This document shows, piece by piece, positions 14,932 through 24,003 of a stretch of 64,000 nt of DNA (its first letter is position 1; each line of letters begins with the position of its first letter). A program made the position numbers and the translations under genes. The notes below the pieces were generated by a model. That model was not told the origin of the DNA and searched no databases. It worked only from the letters and a program-made list of their open reading frames with translations. The stretch covers positions 21,708 to 85,707 of the IMG/VR virus record IMGVR_UViG_3300032269_001670; one strand, given 5' to 3'. The stretch comes from a virus (Duplodnaviria > Caudoviricetes).

Positions 14932-15806
14932 TGAACATCCTGATCACCGGCCACAAGGGGTTTGTGGGGCAACATTTTCATAAGTTTTACGAACAACAGG
15001 GTCATCAGATTCTTGGCGTAGACATCGTCGACAGCATGGATGTTCGCAAGTTCTTCCAGATGGCCAATCACACACAGTTTGATCTGGTGATTCATCTTGC
15101 TGCCGTAGTGGGGGGCCGAGCAAAGATCGAGGGCAACCCGCTCTCCGTCGCCGTAGACCTGTCTATCGACGCAGAGATGTGGCAGTGGGCGATTAGGACC
15201 AAGCAGCCCCGTGTGGTGTATTTCTCCTCATCGGCGGCCTACCCAGTTCATTTACAAACAAAACAGTCGCACAAGAAGCTTACTGAGTCCGACATTAACC
15301 TGGACGACATCCGCAATCCAGACCTCACCTACGGCTGGTCAAAGCTTACAGGCGAGTACCTGGCCAAGTTTGCCGAGGCCGAGGGGGTTCGGACGCATAT
15401 CTTCCGCCCCTTCTCCGGATATGGTGAGGATCAGGCGCTGGACTATCCGTTCCCATCGTTCATCGAGCGCGGACGAAACCGTGACAATCCGTTTGTGATC
15501 TGGGGTGACGGCACGCAAACCCGTGACTTTGTGCACATCAGCGATGTCATCGGCTGCGTCGATGCCGCCGTAACTCAGGACTATCGTGGGCCGCTCAACA
15601 TTGGCACGGGTCATGCCACAAGCTTCCAGCAGCTTGGAGAGATGGTGGCCAAGGCCGAAGGATATTTTCCAAAGTTCCAGTTTTTAACCGATAAGCCCGA
15701 AGGCGTCAACTGGAGAGTGGCAGACATCTCTGCTATGCTGCAGGTATACACGCCAAAGATTGATCTTGAGACAGGAGTAAAGCGCGCGCTAAGCGCAAGG
15801 AGGTAA
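14931..15806 (+). CDS. NAD-dependent nucleotide-sugar epimerase/dehydratase
   Basis: ITGHKGFVG, HLAAVVGG, FSSSAAY, YGWSK (YxxxK). Confidence 0.93.
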   Translation: MNILITGHKGFVGQHFHKFYEQQGHQILGVDIVDSMDVRKFFQMANHTQFDLVIHLAAVVGGRAKIEGNPLSVAVDLSIDAEMWQWAIRTKQPRVVYFSSSAAYPVHLQTKQSHKKLTESDINLDDIRNPDLTYGWSKLTGEYLAKFAEAEGVRTHIFRPFSGYGEDQALDYPFPSFIERGRNRDNPFVIWGDGTQTRDFVHISDVIGCVDAAVTQDYRGPLNIGTGHATSFQQLGEMVAKAEGYFPKFQFLTDKPEGVNWRVADISAMLQVYTPKIDLETGVKRALSARR

Positions 15807-15807
15807 G

Positions 15808-16152
15808 GTGAAGGTTGTTGATTACCCCGCAGGAAGTTTTGAGGCCGAGTTTGAAAAGATTTACAACGAAGCGTTTGAGCTGTTGATCCGGAAGCAACGC
15901 CGGTACGGGAACAGCAACATTGAAAACCTTGGCGTTCATGGCGTTATTAGCAGGATTTCATTTGACAAGATTTCCCGCGCGTTAAAATTTATGCAGGGCC
16001 GCGTTGTCGATGGTAGGGTAGTTCTTGACCCAATTGACGGTGCAAGCGACGAGTCGCTGGAAGATACGCTTCTGGATATTGCAAACTACGCGCTAATTGC
16101 TGTTGCACTACGAAGAAATGTATGGGGCAAGCCACTGGCGGAGGAGCTCTAG
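15808..16152 (+). CDS. DUF1599 / nucleotide-modification-associated domain (Nmad1)-like protein
   Basis: LLIRKQRRYG...RISFDKISR...ESLEDTLLDIANYALI. Confidence 0.8.
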   Translation: MKVVDYPAGSFEAEFEKIYNEAFELLIRKQRRYGNSNIENLGVHGVISRISFDKISRALKFMQGRVVDGRVVLDPIDGASDESLEDTLLDIANYALIAVALRRNVWGKPLAEEL

Positions 16153-16156
16153 ATCA

Positions 16157-16594
16157 ATGCCAATTAGGGAAGTTGTTCTCACCAAGGAAGAGTTAAGCGA
16201 TGAGCTTGCGGTCTTGTATCCGGAGCTTACTCCTCGAGATCGAGCACAAGCGTGCGCTCAGGATCTTGGAACAATTACCGCGCGAACTATTGTTGGTTAC
16301 ATTATGGGAGAGCGCCCACCGGCCACAAAGTTTTGCAGCGACTTCCTGGTCATGCTCAACGAGCGGCACCCTGAGCGCGCATATAAGCTTTCACAATCAA
16401 CGATTCTGCAGTCTACAAATGAAGTGGTCCAGGAGCATAAGCGCGACCTCTTGATGTACGAACGTTCTATCGATAAGATGTGCGCGAGTTGTGCGGGCAA
16501 AACGGTTGAAGAGGGCGGAACATGCTGGGATAGCGTTGAATGTCCCCTTGCCGCGTTTACCAAATATCCGCCGAGAAATGGAGGATCGAAATGA
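16157..16594 (+). CDS. Hypothetical protein with C-terminal CxxC...C...CPL cluster
   Basis: Start re-assigned to ATG 16157 after GGAGGAG. Confidence 0.7.
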   Translation: MPIREVVLTKEELSDELAVLYPELTPRDRAQACAQDLGTITARTIVGYIMGERPPATKFCSDFLVMLNERHPERAYKLSQSTILQSTNEVVQEHKRDLLMYERSIDKMCASCAGKTVEEGGTCWDSVECPLAAFTKYPPRNGGSK

Positions 16595-16776
16595 ATGATC
16601 TGATTTTTCCGGAGCGATTCTTCCTGGTGCTTGAGCGAGACCGCGAGAGCAACGTGAACATCTGGTCGGTATTTGATCGTGAGAAGCGCCAGATGGTTTC
16701 AAGCGGATTTGATGAGGACTGGTTATCGGCAGTTGAGGCCGCTCGGAAGTCGATTGATGAGGTAAAGAATGGTTAG
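16591..16776 (+). CDS. Hypothetical protein
   Basis: SD GGAGG; ATGA coupling. Confidence 0.7.
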   Translation: MNDLIFPERFFLVLERDRESNVNIWSVFDREKRQMVSSGFDEDWLSAVEAARKSIDEVKNG

Positions 16777-17053
16777 CCAGCGAGAGATTCAGCAAGCAAC
16801 CAACGATCTTGACGATTTTGTTGGCCTCATGGCTAAGGTGATTGGGGCCAAGCGAAACCAAGAAAAACACAGCGGGTTTTGCGTTATTGCAAAAAACAAG
16901 AAAACCGGAAAGCTTATGATGCACGCAGGAATGATTCTTGGGGAAGATATGAAGCAGATTACAACAAGCCACACTAATATTGAGGAGTGCGAAATGCAGG
17001 CTTATGCATGGGCTAACCAGATGGTTATTGCGTATGGAGGCAAGCGTGTCTGA
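16769..17053 (+). CDS. Hypothetical protein
   Basis: Overlap-coupled in the operon. Confidence 0.7.
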   Translation: MVSQREIQQATNDLDDFVGLMAKVIGAKRNQEKHSGFCVIAKNKKTGKLMMHAGMILGEDMKQITTSHTNIEECEMQAYAWANQMVIAYGGKRV

Positions 17054-17405
17054 TCCGCAAGATAAGAAACGGCTGAAGGAGTTCCTTCTTAAACACGCCG
17101 ATACGTGGGTGAGTCAGAAGCTCCTCTCGTCCCAGCTTGGGCTTCCGCGATGGTCTGCATTAATTAACGAGTTGCGTAACGAAGGAAATGTCATTGCGCA
17201 GCGAATGAGTAACGATGCAACGCCGCTAGTGGAATACAAGCTGAGCACAGCTAAGGCGTCGACCTTAACGGGTTGGGTTTGCAGTAAATGCCAAAACGTT
17301 ATTGAAAAGGGCAGGATGGAATCAAATACCCTCTCGCCCAAGCACTCGAACAATTATTGCGTTCAGTGTCGAAAGAAAAGTTTGTTTGAATTGCGAGGGA
17401 GTTGA
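17046..17405 (+). CDS. HTH plus zinc-ribbon protein
   Basis: GTG after GGAGG; WSALINELRNEGNVI; CSKC...CVQC. Confidence 0.7.
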   Translation: MSDPQDKKRLKEFLLKHADTWVSQKLLSSQLGLPRWSALINELRNEGNVIAQRMSNDATPLVEYKLSTAKASTLTGWVCSKCQNVIEKGRMESNTLSPKHSNNYCVQCRKKSLFELRGS

Positions 17406-17746
17406 TAATGGTTGAAAAGATTGAGGAAGTCCTGTATGCAGACGGTTGGGACGACTGCTTGGTTGGTCACGGAAACATCTTTCTTGGATCTGACGGCCAG
17501 AAGGTGGTTGCAATTTACGACCGAGACAAGATGATTAGGAAGATGGCACAGGAGATTATTGAACAGGAACAGAGCCGAGATCAGGATCAGGCAGAAGACT
17601 TTGACCCTTATCTTGAGGCTGATGAGTACATTTCCTTCAATGTAGAGGGCGCGTACCTTCAACCCGGAATGCCGGTATTTGCTACCTTTGATCAGCGCGT
17701 TGATTTTTCTTCAGCAACTGTTTGCCGGTGCAATTCGTGCGTTTGA
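17402..17746 (+). CDS. Conserved phage hypothetical protein (ADGWDDCLVG...AIYD...AEEYI.FNV.GAY)
   Basis: Motif recalled from environmental phage proteins; coupled. Confidence 0.7.
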   Translation: MIMVEKIEEVLYADGWDDCLVGHGNIFLGSDGQKVVAIYDRDKMIRKMAQEIIEQEQSRDQDQAEDFDPYLEADEYISFNVEGAYLQPGMPVFATFDQRVDFSSATVCRCNSCV

Positions 17747-18711
17747 TTCTTTCTGTTATCGCCTCCGTTTCTTTGCTGTCCTTATCGCTTGGCGCAGCAA
17801 AAGACGGTTATATGGAGGCAACCGATTGGGCCTTAGATCGGCTTGTAGAGCCATCAGATGCTTGGATTGGCGGACGAATTAGTGACGGATATTCCTGGGA
17901 TGGAGAAAACGTTGGCGCCGGCTACACGGTCTACGTTGTAGATACCGGCGTGCAGGACACGGAAGAGTTCCCTGGTGGCGTCACCGGAAAGTCGTTTGTT
18001 GGCGGAACATTTGAAGACTGCGGTAGCGGCCATGGAACGCGGGTTGCTTCGTTGGTTGCCGGGGCCGGAGTTGGCATTGCGCAAAAGGCGGCCGTTGTGT
18101 CTGTCCGAGTGCTTGCTTGCAGTGGCAAAGGGACAAACTCCAAGATCATTGCTGGACTTAGCTGGATTGCCAAAAATGCCAACCCAGAAAAGAGCGTGGT
18201 GAACTTGAGCTTTGGCGGAAAGGTCTCGTTGGCAATTGATAACGCGGTGCGGTCGTTGACAGACTTGGGTATTCCGGTAGTGATTGCGGCCGGAAATGAT
18301 CGACGTGATTCTAAAAAATATTCACCGGCAAGACTAGGGTGCACCGAAGATCTTGCAATTACCGTAGCTTCCAGCACAATTTATGATTTACCGTGGACAT
18401 TTTCTAATTTTGGAGAATGCATCGCATTATACGCCCCTGGTGCTCAGGTTGAGCCGTTTGGGTTTGCCGGCCCACAGATTTCAAGTGGAACATCTTTTGC
18501 CGCCCCGTTTGTTTCTGGGGCAATTATCGCCTTTGCCGAGCACGTTGAGGGAACCACAGAAGATGGTTTTTACGAAATGATGTCTTACACTACAGACAGC
18601 ATTACAATTTCTAAAAGGCCAAAAACGACCTCATCATTGCTTCAGCTATACGAAACCGAAGATCTTGGAACTCCAGATTTTTGTGATTGGATTTTCTGCT
18701 CAGAAAATTAA
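17722..18711 (+). CDS. Secreted S8 subtilisin-like serine protease (proteinase K-like)
   Basis: VYVVDTG (Asp), GHGTRVAS (His), AAGN (oxyanion Asn), SGTSFAAP (Ser); signal peptide. Confidence 0.93.
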   Translation: MPVQFVRLILSVIASVSLLSLSLGAAKDGYMEATDWALDRLVEPSDAWIGGRISDGYSWDGENVGAGYTVYVVDTGVQDTEEFPGGVTGKSFVGGTFEDCGSGHGTRVASLVAGAGVGIAQKAAVVSVRVLACSGKGTNSKIIAGLSWIAKNANPEKSVVNLSFGGKVSLAIDNAVRSLTDLGIPVVIAAGNDRRDSKKYSPARLGCTEDLAITVASSTIYDLPWTFSNFGECIALYAPGAQVEPFGFAGPQISSGTSFAAPFVSGAIIAFAEHVEGTTEDGFYEMMSYTTDSITISKRPKTTSSLLQLYETEDLGTPDFCDWIFCSEN

Positions 18712-20138
18712 TATCGTTTTGCCGAAGTAAAGTAAAAACCAGAACCACCAAGATCAGACGCATAGACCAAGGCATCAACCATGTCGTCGTGTTGACCGTT
18801 TGGAAACGCTAACATCTCAGATTCTAGGTCGGAAATTCCTGGCGCATTATTAACGTGAAAAACTTTTCCTGCTTCGTATCGAGCAGCTAGCGCCCGGCTT
18901 CTGGACACCTTGTCTTTATCAGGACGAACGGCTCGAGCAGGCAAGCTTGTTGTGGACAGGATTTCTCGTACAAATGTGCTTTGATGCTGAACGGCTTCAA
19001 TGTTCAAAGATTCAAAGAACCGCACGTCATCAAGCTCCGGGTCTAGGCCCTTAAGCCCAACAAGCCGTTGAGGCCAAAGCATCCGTGGACCGCGCTCCTC
19101 ATTAATACTTCCATCATTATTTACGCCAGTAAGCCATGCCCGGTGACCCTCTTGGAGGCGTGCTCTCCAAGCGCCAACGATGTATAAATTGTGTTCAGAA
19201 TCTTCCAAAACCTCGACAGCGGCGGTATAGTCGCTTCGCTCGCTAGACGATGAAGCAAGGTCAACGCCTATTCTTCGGGCACCTTCTGGGACCCGGTCAA
19301 TACGTTGAAAATAATCATATCGGAAAATGTTGCCGCCCATAGACGTCACGTCGTTTTGGAACTGTAGCATGAAGATTGGCGTGCCAAGTTCCTGCTTTTT
19401 TTGCTCCATATCGGCAACCGTATACATCTCCGGCCAGAGCACTTTGTCATCCTCCAAAGCTCTTCGTTGATAGTGCTGAACGCCTTTGCTAATAAGCTCC
19501 GCGTAGAAGTCGTCTTCGTGCCATCGCGTTCCGATGTACCAGCGTTTTGCTTTTGGGACAAGCATTGGGTCCACGACTTGCCAATAGGTTTCACTTGCCT
19601 TTTGTCTTTGTCCAGATGTGGCGTTTTCTTTCAGTCCAACCATGTCGTCTGCAAAAAGAATGTCAAGACGGGCACCGGGCTTAATCGACCCAAGCCCGTC
19701 GGCAAAGCAAGTGGAGTCTTTGCCGAGATTAGCTCCCTTAACCGTCCAGACCTCATCAGTCCACTTTGAGCCAATAACGCCATCTTGCGCCCAGGGAAAC
19801 ACCTCGGCAAAAAACGGGGACTCAATAAGGGCTTTAATGGCACGAGAACGCGCAAGGGCATCAGACATGACGGCGGTAAGCACGCCAATCCTGACTTTGC
19901 CCTTAGTCAAGCCAATCATGCGAGCAGCCCGATGAATCAGTTGGGTCGTCTTGGCATGGCCACGTGGCATGAGCACAAGACCCCGGTCGTTTTTATCCAA
20001 GAACTGCTCCATCTCACGAAGATGTCTTGGAAATATCAAACCGCTAACATATTCTGCAAATGCTGCATCGGATGTCTGGGCCTTGACCCGAAGCCAATCC
20101 CGGTAGCTACTATTTACGCTCTTCTGCTGTTCCATCAA
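18708..20138 (-). CDS. terL: Terminase large subunit
   Basis: MPRGHAKTT (Walker A), ILFADD (Walker B), C-terminal AFPNGQHDDMVDAL nuclease motif. Confidence 0.95.
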   Translation of the reverse strand: MMEQQKSVNSSYRDWLRVKAQTSDAAFAEYVSGLIFPRHLREMEQFLDKNDRGLVLMPRGHAKTTQLIHRAARMIGLTKGKVRIGVLTAVMSDALARSRAIKALIESPFFAEVFPWAQDGVIGSKWTDEVWTVKGANLGKDSTCFADGLGSIKPGARLDILFADDMVGLKENATSGQRQKASETYWQVVDPMLVPKAKRWYIGTRWHEDDFYAELISKGVQHYQRRALEDDKVLWPEMYTVADMEQKKQELGTPIFMLQFQNDVTSMGGNIFRYDYFQRIDRVPEGARRIGVDLASSSSERSDYTAAVEVLEDSEHNLYIVGAWRARLQEGHRAWLTGVNNDGSINEERGPRMLWPQRLVGLKGLDPELDDVRFFESLNIEAVQHQSTFVREILSTTSLPARAVRPDKDKVSRSRALAARYEAGKVFHVNNAPGISDLESEMLAFPNGQHDDMVDALVYASDLGGSGFYFTSAKRY

Positions 20139-20628
20139 TCACCTGTAAATTCTCTGCAACCTCATCTGCCCACATCTGCAACCTCTTGGCCAACTCTTCC
20201 GGTGGAAGATTGTCAATCTCATGGGTGGCTTGATTAATTTGAATAGCCATATTTGTAGTGTTTTTAATGCTTTGGATACCTTCGCCCATGTAGGCGCCGG
20301 TTAACTTAGCAAGTCGGTCCACCACCTCAAGTTGAAGCTTAAGGAATACCGCCTCTTCCTTAGACCCACGAGCCCGAGCTGCACCAGCAGCGGCCATTTT
20401 TCCAATTAAGTTTACTCGCTGTGTAAGTTCCATTCGAGACTGAGCGGCGTCAGGGCCCTCCTCCGACCATTGTTTACGGATCACGTAAATGTGCTTGCGA
20501 ACAGTTTCCGTTGACAGCTGCAATGCAGTGGCAATTTCGGGCAGGGGGACGCCTTGAAGGTGCAGTCCCTTGATCTTTTCCCGTAGAGCAGTAAGCTGCT
20601 CGGCGCCTACGCGCCCACGCTTTGCCAT
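20110..20628 (-). CDS. terS: Terminase small subunit (HTH)
   Basis: N-terminal HTH directly upstream of terL; leaderless ATG 20628. Confidence 0.7.
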   Translation of the reverse strand: MAKRGRVGAEQLTALREKIKGLHLQGVPLPEIATALQLSTETVRKHIYVIRKQWSEEGPDAAQSRMELTQRVNLIGKMAAAGAARARGSKEEAVFLKLQLEVVDRLAKLTGAYMGEGIQSIKNTTNMAIQINQATHEIDNLPPEELAKRLQMWADEVAENLQVIDGTAEERK

Positions 20629-20634
20629 AAAGAT

Positions 20635-20642
20635 AGTATACT
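20635..20642. promoter_or_regulatory. Palindromic AGTATACT serving as -10 (TATACT) on both strands
   Basis: ATG 20628 (-) is 6 nt and ATG 20650 (+) is 7 nt from the respective -10; neither has an SD. Confidence 0.65.
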
Positions 20643-20649
20643 GGCTCAT

Positions 20650-20901
20650 ATGCTACAGAGCACCCATTGCTACTTCTGCGCACAAATAGAAAATCTGTTC
20701 TTGACACATGCGTGTGTAAAGTGCAAACAAAATCAATGGTCGTGCCCGCAGCACGCATTGGTTCGGGAAACTTGCTACAATTGCGGTCAGCAAGAAGCTC
20801 TTGTCAGGACATGCCTAAACTGTGGGCAAGAACTTTCTGATCAAAAGTGTAAACTTGTGTGCTCATGCGGCTACTTTGCCTCATGCTCAGACTACTACTG
20901 A
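20650..20901 (+). CDS. Multi-CxxC zinc-finger protein
   Basis: Repeated CxxC/CxC motifs across 83 aa. Confidence 0.7.
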   Translation: MLQSTHCYFCAQIENLFLTHACVKCKQNQWSCPQHALVRETCYNCGQQEALVRTCLNCGQELSDQKCKLVCSCGYFASCSDYY

Positions 20902-20908
20902 GGTGCAG

Positions 20909-21250
20909 ATGAACCGAACAAGAATTACTGGCGGAGATCTGCAGCGACTCCTCGCTAAAGACTACCCAGAGTATCGCAGCGTGACGGAGGCTTGCCGGGT
21001 TGCCTCGCCGGATTTTGGCCTTACACCAGAGACCATGCGATGCTATGCGGCAGCAGGGGTCCCCATGCGAAGCAGGGCATATAACAAAATTAGGTCTAGG
21101 CTGATGGCTATCGATCAAGAGGAGGCAGAAGCCATGGTCACGGTCACGGTGGCGACTAAGAAGCTTTCCGAGGCTATTGACCTTCAAGTCAGGGCCTTTG
21201 AGGCTGCGGCCGCGTCGCTTCGCAAGCTCCGAGGCGATCTTAACGGGTAG
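20909..21250 (+). CDS. Putative DNA-binding protein with C-terminal coiled coil
   Basis: SD GAGGTG; HTH-like FGLTPETMRCY. Confidence 0.7.
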   Translation: MNRTRITGGDLQRLLAKDYPEYRSVTEACRVASPDFGLTPETMRCYAAAGVPMRSRAYNKIRSRLMAIDQEEAEAMVTVTVATKKLSEAIDLQVRAFEAAAASLRKLRGDLNG

Positions 21251-21262
21251 AAGGCGGCTACC

Positions 21263-21291
21263 TTGCGGGTGGCCATGAAAAACCATAGGAT
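21263..21291 (+). promoter_or_regulatory. Promoter TTGCGG-17-TAGGAT, leaderless start at 21298
   Basis: ATG 6 nt after the -10. Confidence 0.55.
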
Positions 21292-21297
21292 TCCTTC

Positions 21298-21645
21298 ATG
21301 AGCAATTCCACTTACGACATTGTCGCGCAACAGGGTTCCGATTATTCCGTTACCTTGACGTACAACGATTCAAGCAACGTGGCGATCAATTTGACTGGCT
21401 ACACTGCTCGGATGCAGGTGCGAAAGGTGGCATCGTCGCCCTATGCGTACCTTACATTGACAAACTCTTCTGGGATGACACTTGGTGGGGCCGCCGGAAC
21501 TGTTGCGATTAATGTGCCCGCTGCGGCTTTGGCCAGCATCCCTGCCGGCTCTTACGTCTACGATGTCGAGCTCGTATCAGGCAGTGGAGCTGTTGTTAAG
21601 CCAATTGTTGGGGCGTTTATTATTTCTGCGGAGGTTACTCGATGA
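21298..21645 (+). CDS. Virion structural protein (baseplate/fibre adaptor-like beta fold)
   Basis: YDIVAQQGSDYSVTLTY...YVYDVEL; first gene of the fibre operon. Confidence 0.75.
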   Translation: MSNSTYDIVAQQGSDYSVTLTYNDSSNVAINLTGYTARMQVRKVASSPYAYLTLTNSSGMTLGGAAGTVAINVPAAALASIPAGSYVYDVELVSGSGAVVKPIVGAFIISAEVTR

Positions 21646-21959
21646 GCGACAACAATATTACAGTTACGCAAAGAAATAATACGGTTTTGGTGCAAACAGT
21701 AAGCCAACCCAATTCTGTTTCAGTGCAAACACCTGGCCCCCAGGGGCCGCCTGGAATTGGTACATTTTCAACGTACACGCACAATCAAGCGTATCCAGCC
21801 TCAGTTTGGACTATAACTCACAATTTAAACTGCAGGCCAAGCGTAACAATTGTAGATTCTGCGGGTACTGTAGTTTTTGGAGATGTCGAGTATCTTAGCG
21901 CAAACGAGATTCGCGTGACCTTTGTCGCTGCCTTTGCCGGCAAAGCATACCTAAACTAA
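21642..21959 (+). CDS. Small virion protein (fibre-associated)
   Basis: PGPQGPPG; ITHNLN-RPSVTIVDSAG motif seen at fibre C-termini. Confidence 0.7.
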   Translation: MSDNNITVTQRNNTVLVQTVSQPNSVSVQTPGPQGPPGIGTFSTYTHNQAYPASVWTITHNLNCRPSVTIVDSAGTVVFGDVEYLSANEIRVTFVAAFAGKAYLN

Positions 21960-21969
21960 GGAGAGAAAA

Positions 21970-23994
21970 GTGGCAACAAAGTTCCTAACCAGCCTTGATC
22001 TCAGCAAAAATGAGTTGCAGAATGCGGTAATCCAGAATCTCGGTACCGCGCCGTCGACGGGTCTCGTTGATGGACTCATCTACTACGACACGTTCCTTGA
22101 TGTTCTTCGCGTCTACGCAAATGGCGCATGGGCAACTCTTTCAACTAGCGCAGGCACGGTTACATCCGTTTCCGGAACAGGAGCAATTTCTTCAACTGGC
22201 GGAACCACCCCAACCATCAGCATTGCTGATGGTTCAACCACCGTTAAGGGTGCCGTACAACTAGAGGACTCCGTATCCAGCACATCAACAAGCAAGGCAG
22301 CAACGCCTGCGTCCGTCAAGTCTGCTTATGACCTTGCCAATGGTAAGGCTAACCCAGGCGATACACATTATGTTGGAACTACTGCAGTTGCTCTAAACCG
22401 AGCCTCTGCAAACCTTGCGTTAACTGGTATTTCTAGCGTTACGCTTCCAGGTTCAACTTCGGGTACTGCACAGATTATCCCAACGGCTGTTGCCGGAACC
22501 GGCACCGTCATTACGCTTCCGGCCACAACTGGTACGGTTGCGTTGACCGGAAACAAGCTCAGCGTATTTGCTGCAACATCCTCTTCTGAGCTTGCCGGGG
22601 TTATCTCTGACGAAACCGGTAGCGGCGCTCTTGTATTTGCCAACACGCCAACGCTTGTAACTCCAATTCTTGGCACGCCAACAAGCGCAACATTGACAAA
22701 CGCGACTGGCCTTCCTATCAGCACAGGCGTTTCTGGCCTTGGCACGGGCGTAGCAACGTTTCTTGCCACGCCGTCTTCGGCAAACCTAGTAGCAGCGGTA
22801 ACCGATGAGACTGGCTCTGGCGCGCTGGTATTTGCCACCAGCCCAACGTTGGTTACGCCAGTTCTCGGCACGCCAACAAGCGCTACGCTCACCAATGCAA
22901 CTGGCTTGCCAATCAGCACGGGTGTTTCTGGCCTTGGAACTGGCGTTGCCACGTTCCTTGCCACGCCGTCTTCGGCAAACCTCATCTCTGCCATTACCGA
23001 CGAGACCGGAACTGGTGCGCTGGTATTTGCTAATACCCCAACGCTTGTTACGCCAACAATTGGCGTTGCCACTGCAACATCCGTCAACAAGGTAGCCATT
23101 ACGGCTCCTGCAACAAGCGCAACTCTTGCGCTTGCTGATGGCAGCACGCTTGCAACCTCTGGCGCATATGGCGTTACGCTGACTGCAACCGGCACAACTG
23201 CGCTTACGCTCCCAATTTCAGGAACTCTTGCCACGCAGGCATATGTTGACGGCGTTGCCACCGGCCTTGACGTCAAGGCTTCGGTTCGAGCAGCAACAAC
23301 TGCGAACATCACCCTAAGCGGCGCTCAGACAATTGACGGAGTTTCCGTTGTTGCTGGCAACCGAGTCCTTGTAAAGAATCAATCTACTGCGTCGCAGAAC
23401 GGCATTTACGTTGCCGCTTCTGGCTCTTGGACCCGCGCAACTGATGCCAACGAAGATTCTGAGGTAACTGCTGGCTTGTTTACCTTCGTTGAAGAGGGTG
23501 GCACAAACGCAGACAGCGGTTGGATTCTCACGACAGACGGTGCAATTACCGTCGGCACCACCGGATTGACCTTTGTGCAGTTCTCTGGCGCTGGCCAGGT
23601 TACTGCTGGTGATGGTCTTACCAAGACCGGTAATACGCTCAATGTTGTTGGAACAGCGGATAGAATTACGGTCGCCGCTGACTCAATTGACATTGCCAGC
23701 ACCTATGCAGGTCAGTCAACCATCACCACACTTGGCACCATCGGCACCGGTACCTGGCAGGGCACGGCAATTGCCTCAACCTACGGCGGAGCGCTTCGTT
23801 ACAACACGAGCGCAACCTGGACTGCTGGGGAGGCTAAGGCAATTACGCACAGCCTTGGAACCAAAAGCGTGATCGTTGCCATCTACGACAGCTCCGACAA
23901 CGCCGTCTTTGCTGACGTCGTCACCACAAGCACAAGCGTGGTTACGATCACAATCAGCCTTGCAGGGACGTACAGAGTCGTCGTTATCGGGTAA
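21970..23994 (+). CDS. Tail fibre protein 1
   Basis: T/A/G/S-rich; tail-fibre repeat AATPASVKSAYD; internal repeats. Confidence 0.88.
   Translation: MATKFLTSLDLSKNELQNAVIQNLGTAPSTGLVDGLIYYDTFLDVLRVYANGAWATLSTSAGTVTSVSGTGAISSTGGTTPTISIADGSTTVKGAVQLEDSVSSTSTSKAATPASVKSAYDLANGKANPGDTHYVGTTAVALNRASANLALTGISSVTLPGSTSGTAQIIPTAVAGTGTVITLPATTGTVALTGNKLSVFAATSSSELAGVISDETGSGALVFANTPTLVTPILGTPTSATLTNATGLPISTGVSGLGTGVATFLATPSSANLVAAVTDETGSGALVFATSPTLVTPVLGTPTSATLTNATGLPISTGVSGLGTGVATFLATPSSANLISAITDETGTGALVFANTPTLVTPTIGVATATSVNKVAITAPATSATLALADGSTLATSGAYGVTLTATGTTALTLPISGTLATQAYVDGVATGLDVKASVRAATTANITLSGAQTIDGVSVVAGNRVLVKNQSTASQNGIYVAASGSWTRATDANEDSEVTAGLFTFVEEGGTNADSGWILTTDGAITVGTTGLTFVQFSGAGQVTAGDGLTKTGNTLNVVGTADRITVAADSIDIASTYAGQSTITTLGTIGTGTWQGTAIASTYGGALRYNTSATWTAGEAKAITHSLGTKSVIVAIYDSSDNAVFADVVTTSTSVVTITISLAGTYRVVVIG
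22609..23060 (+). repeat. 195-bp (65-aa) tandem repeat, two copies plus a partial third
   Basis: DETG(S/T)GALVFA units start at 22609, 22804 and 22999. Confidence 0.85.
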
Positions 23995-24003
23995 GATAGG
24001 CCT

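Noticed and set aside
13253-21270. Shared 11-mer ACCTTGCGGGT in two promoter regions (13253-63 minus, 21260-70 plus)
   Set aside because: Two copies of an 11-mer are expected by chance at this scale; no third copy seen.
22368-23312. 314-aa minus-strand ORF, and similar ORFs antisense to fibres, tape measure and protease
   Set aside because: Mirror of low-complexity Thr/Ala/Gly codons on the coding strand.
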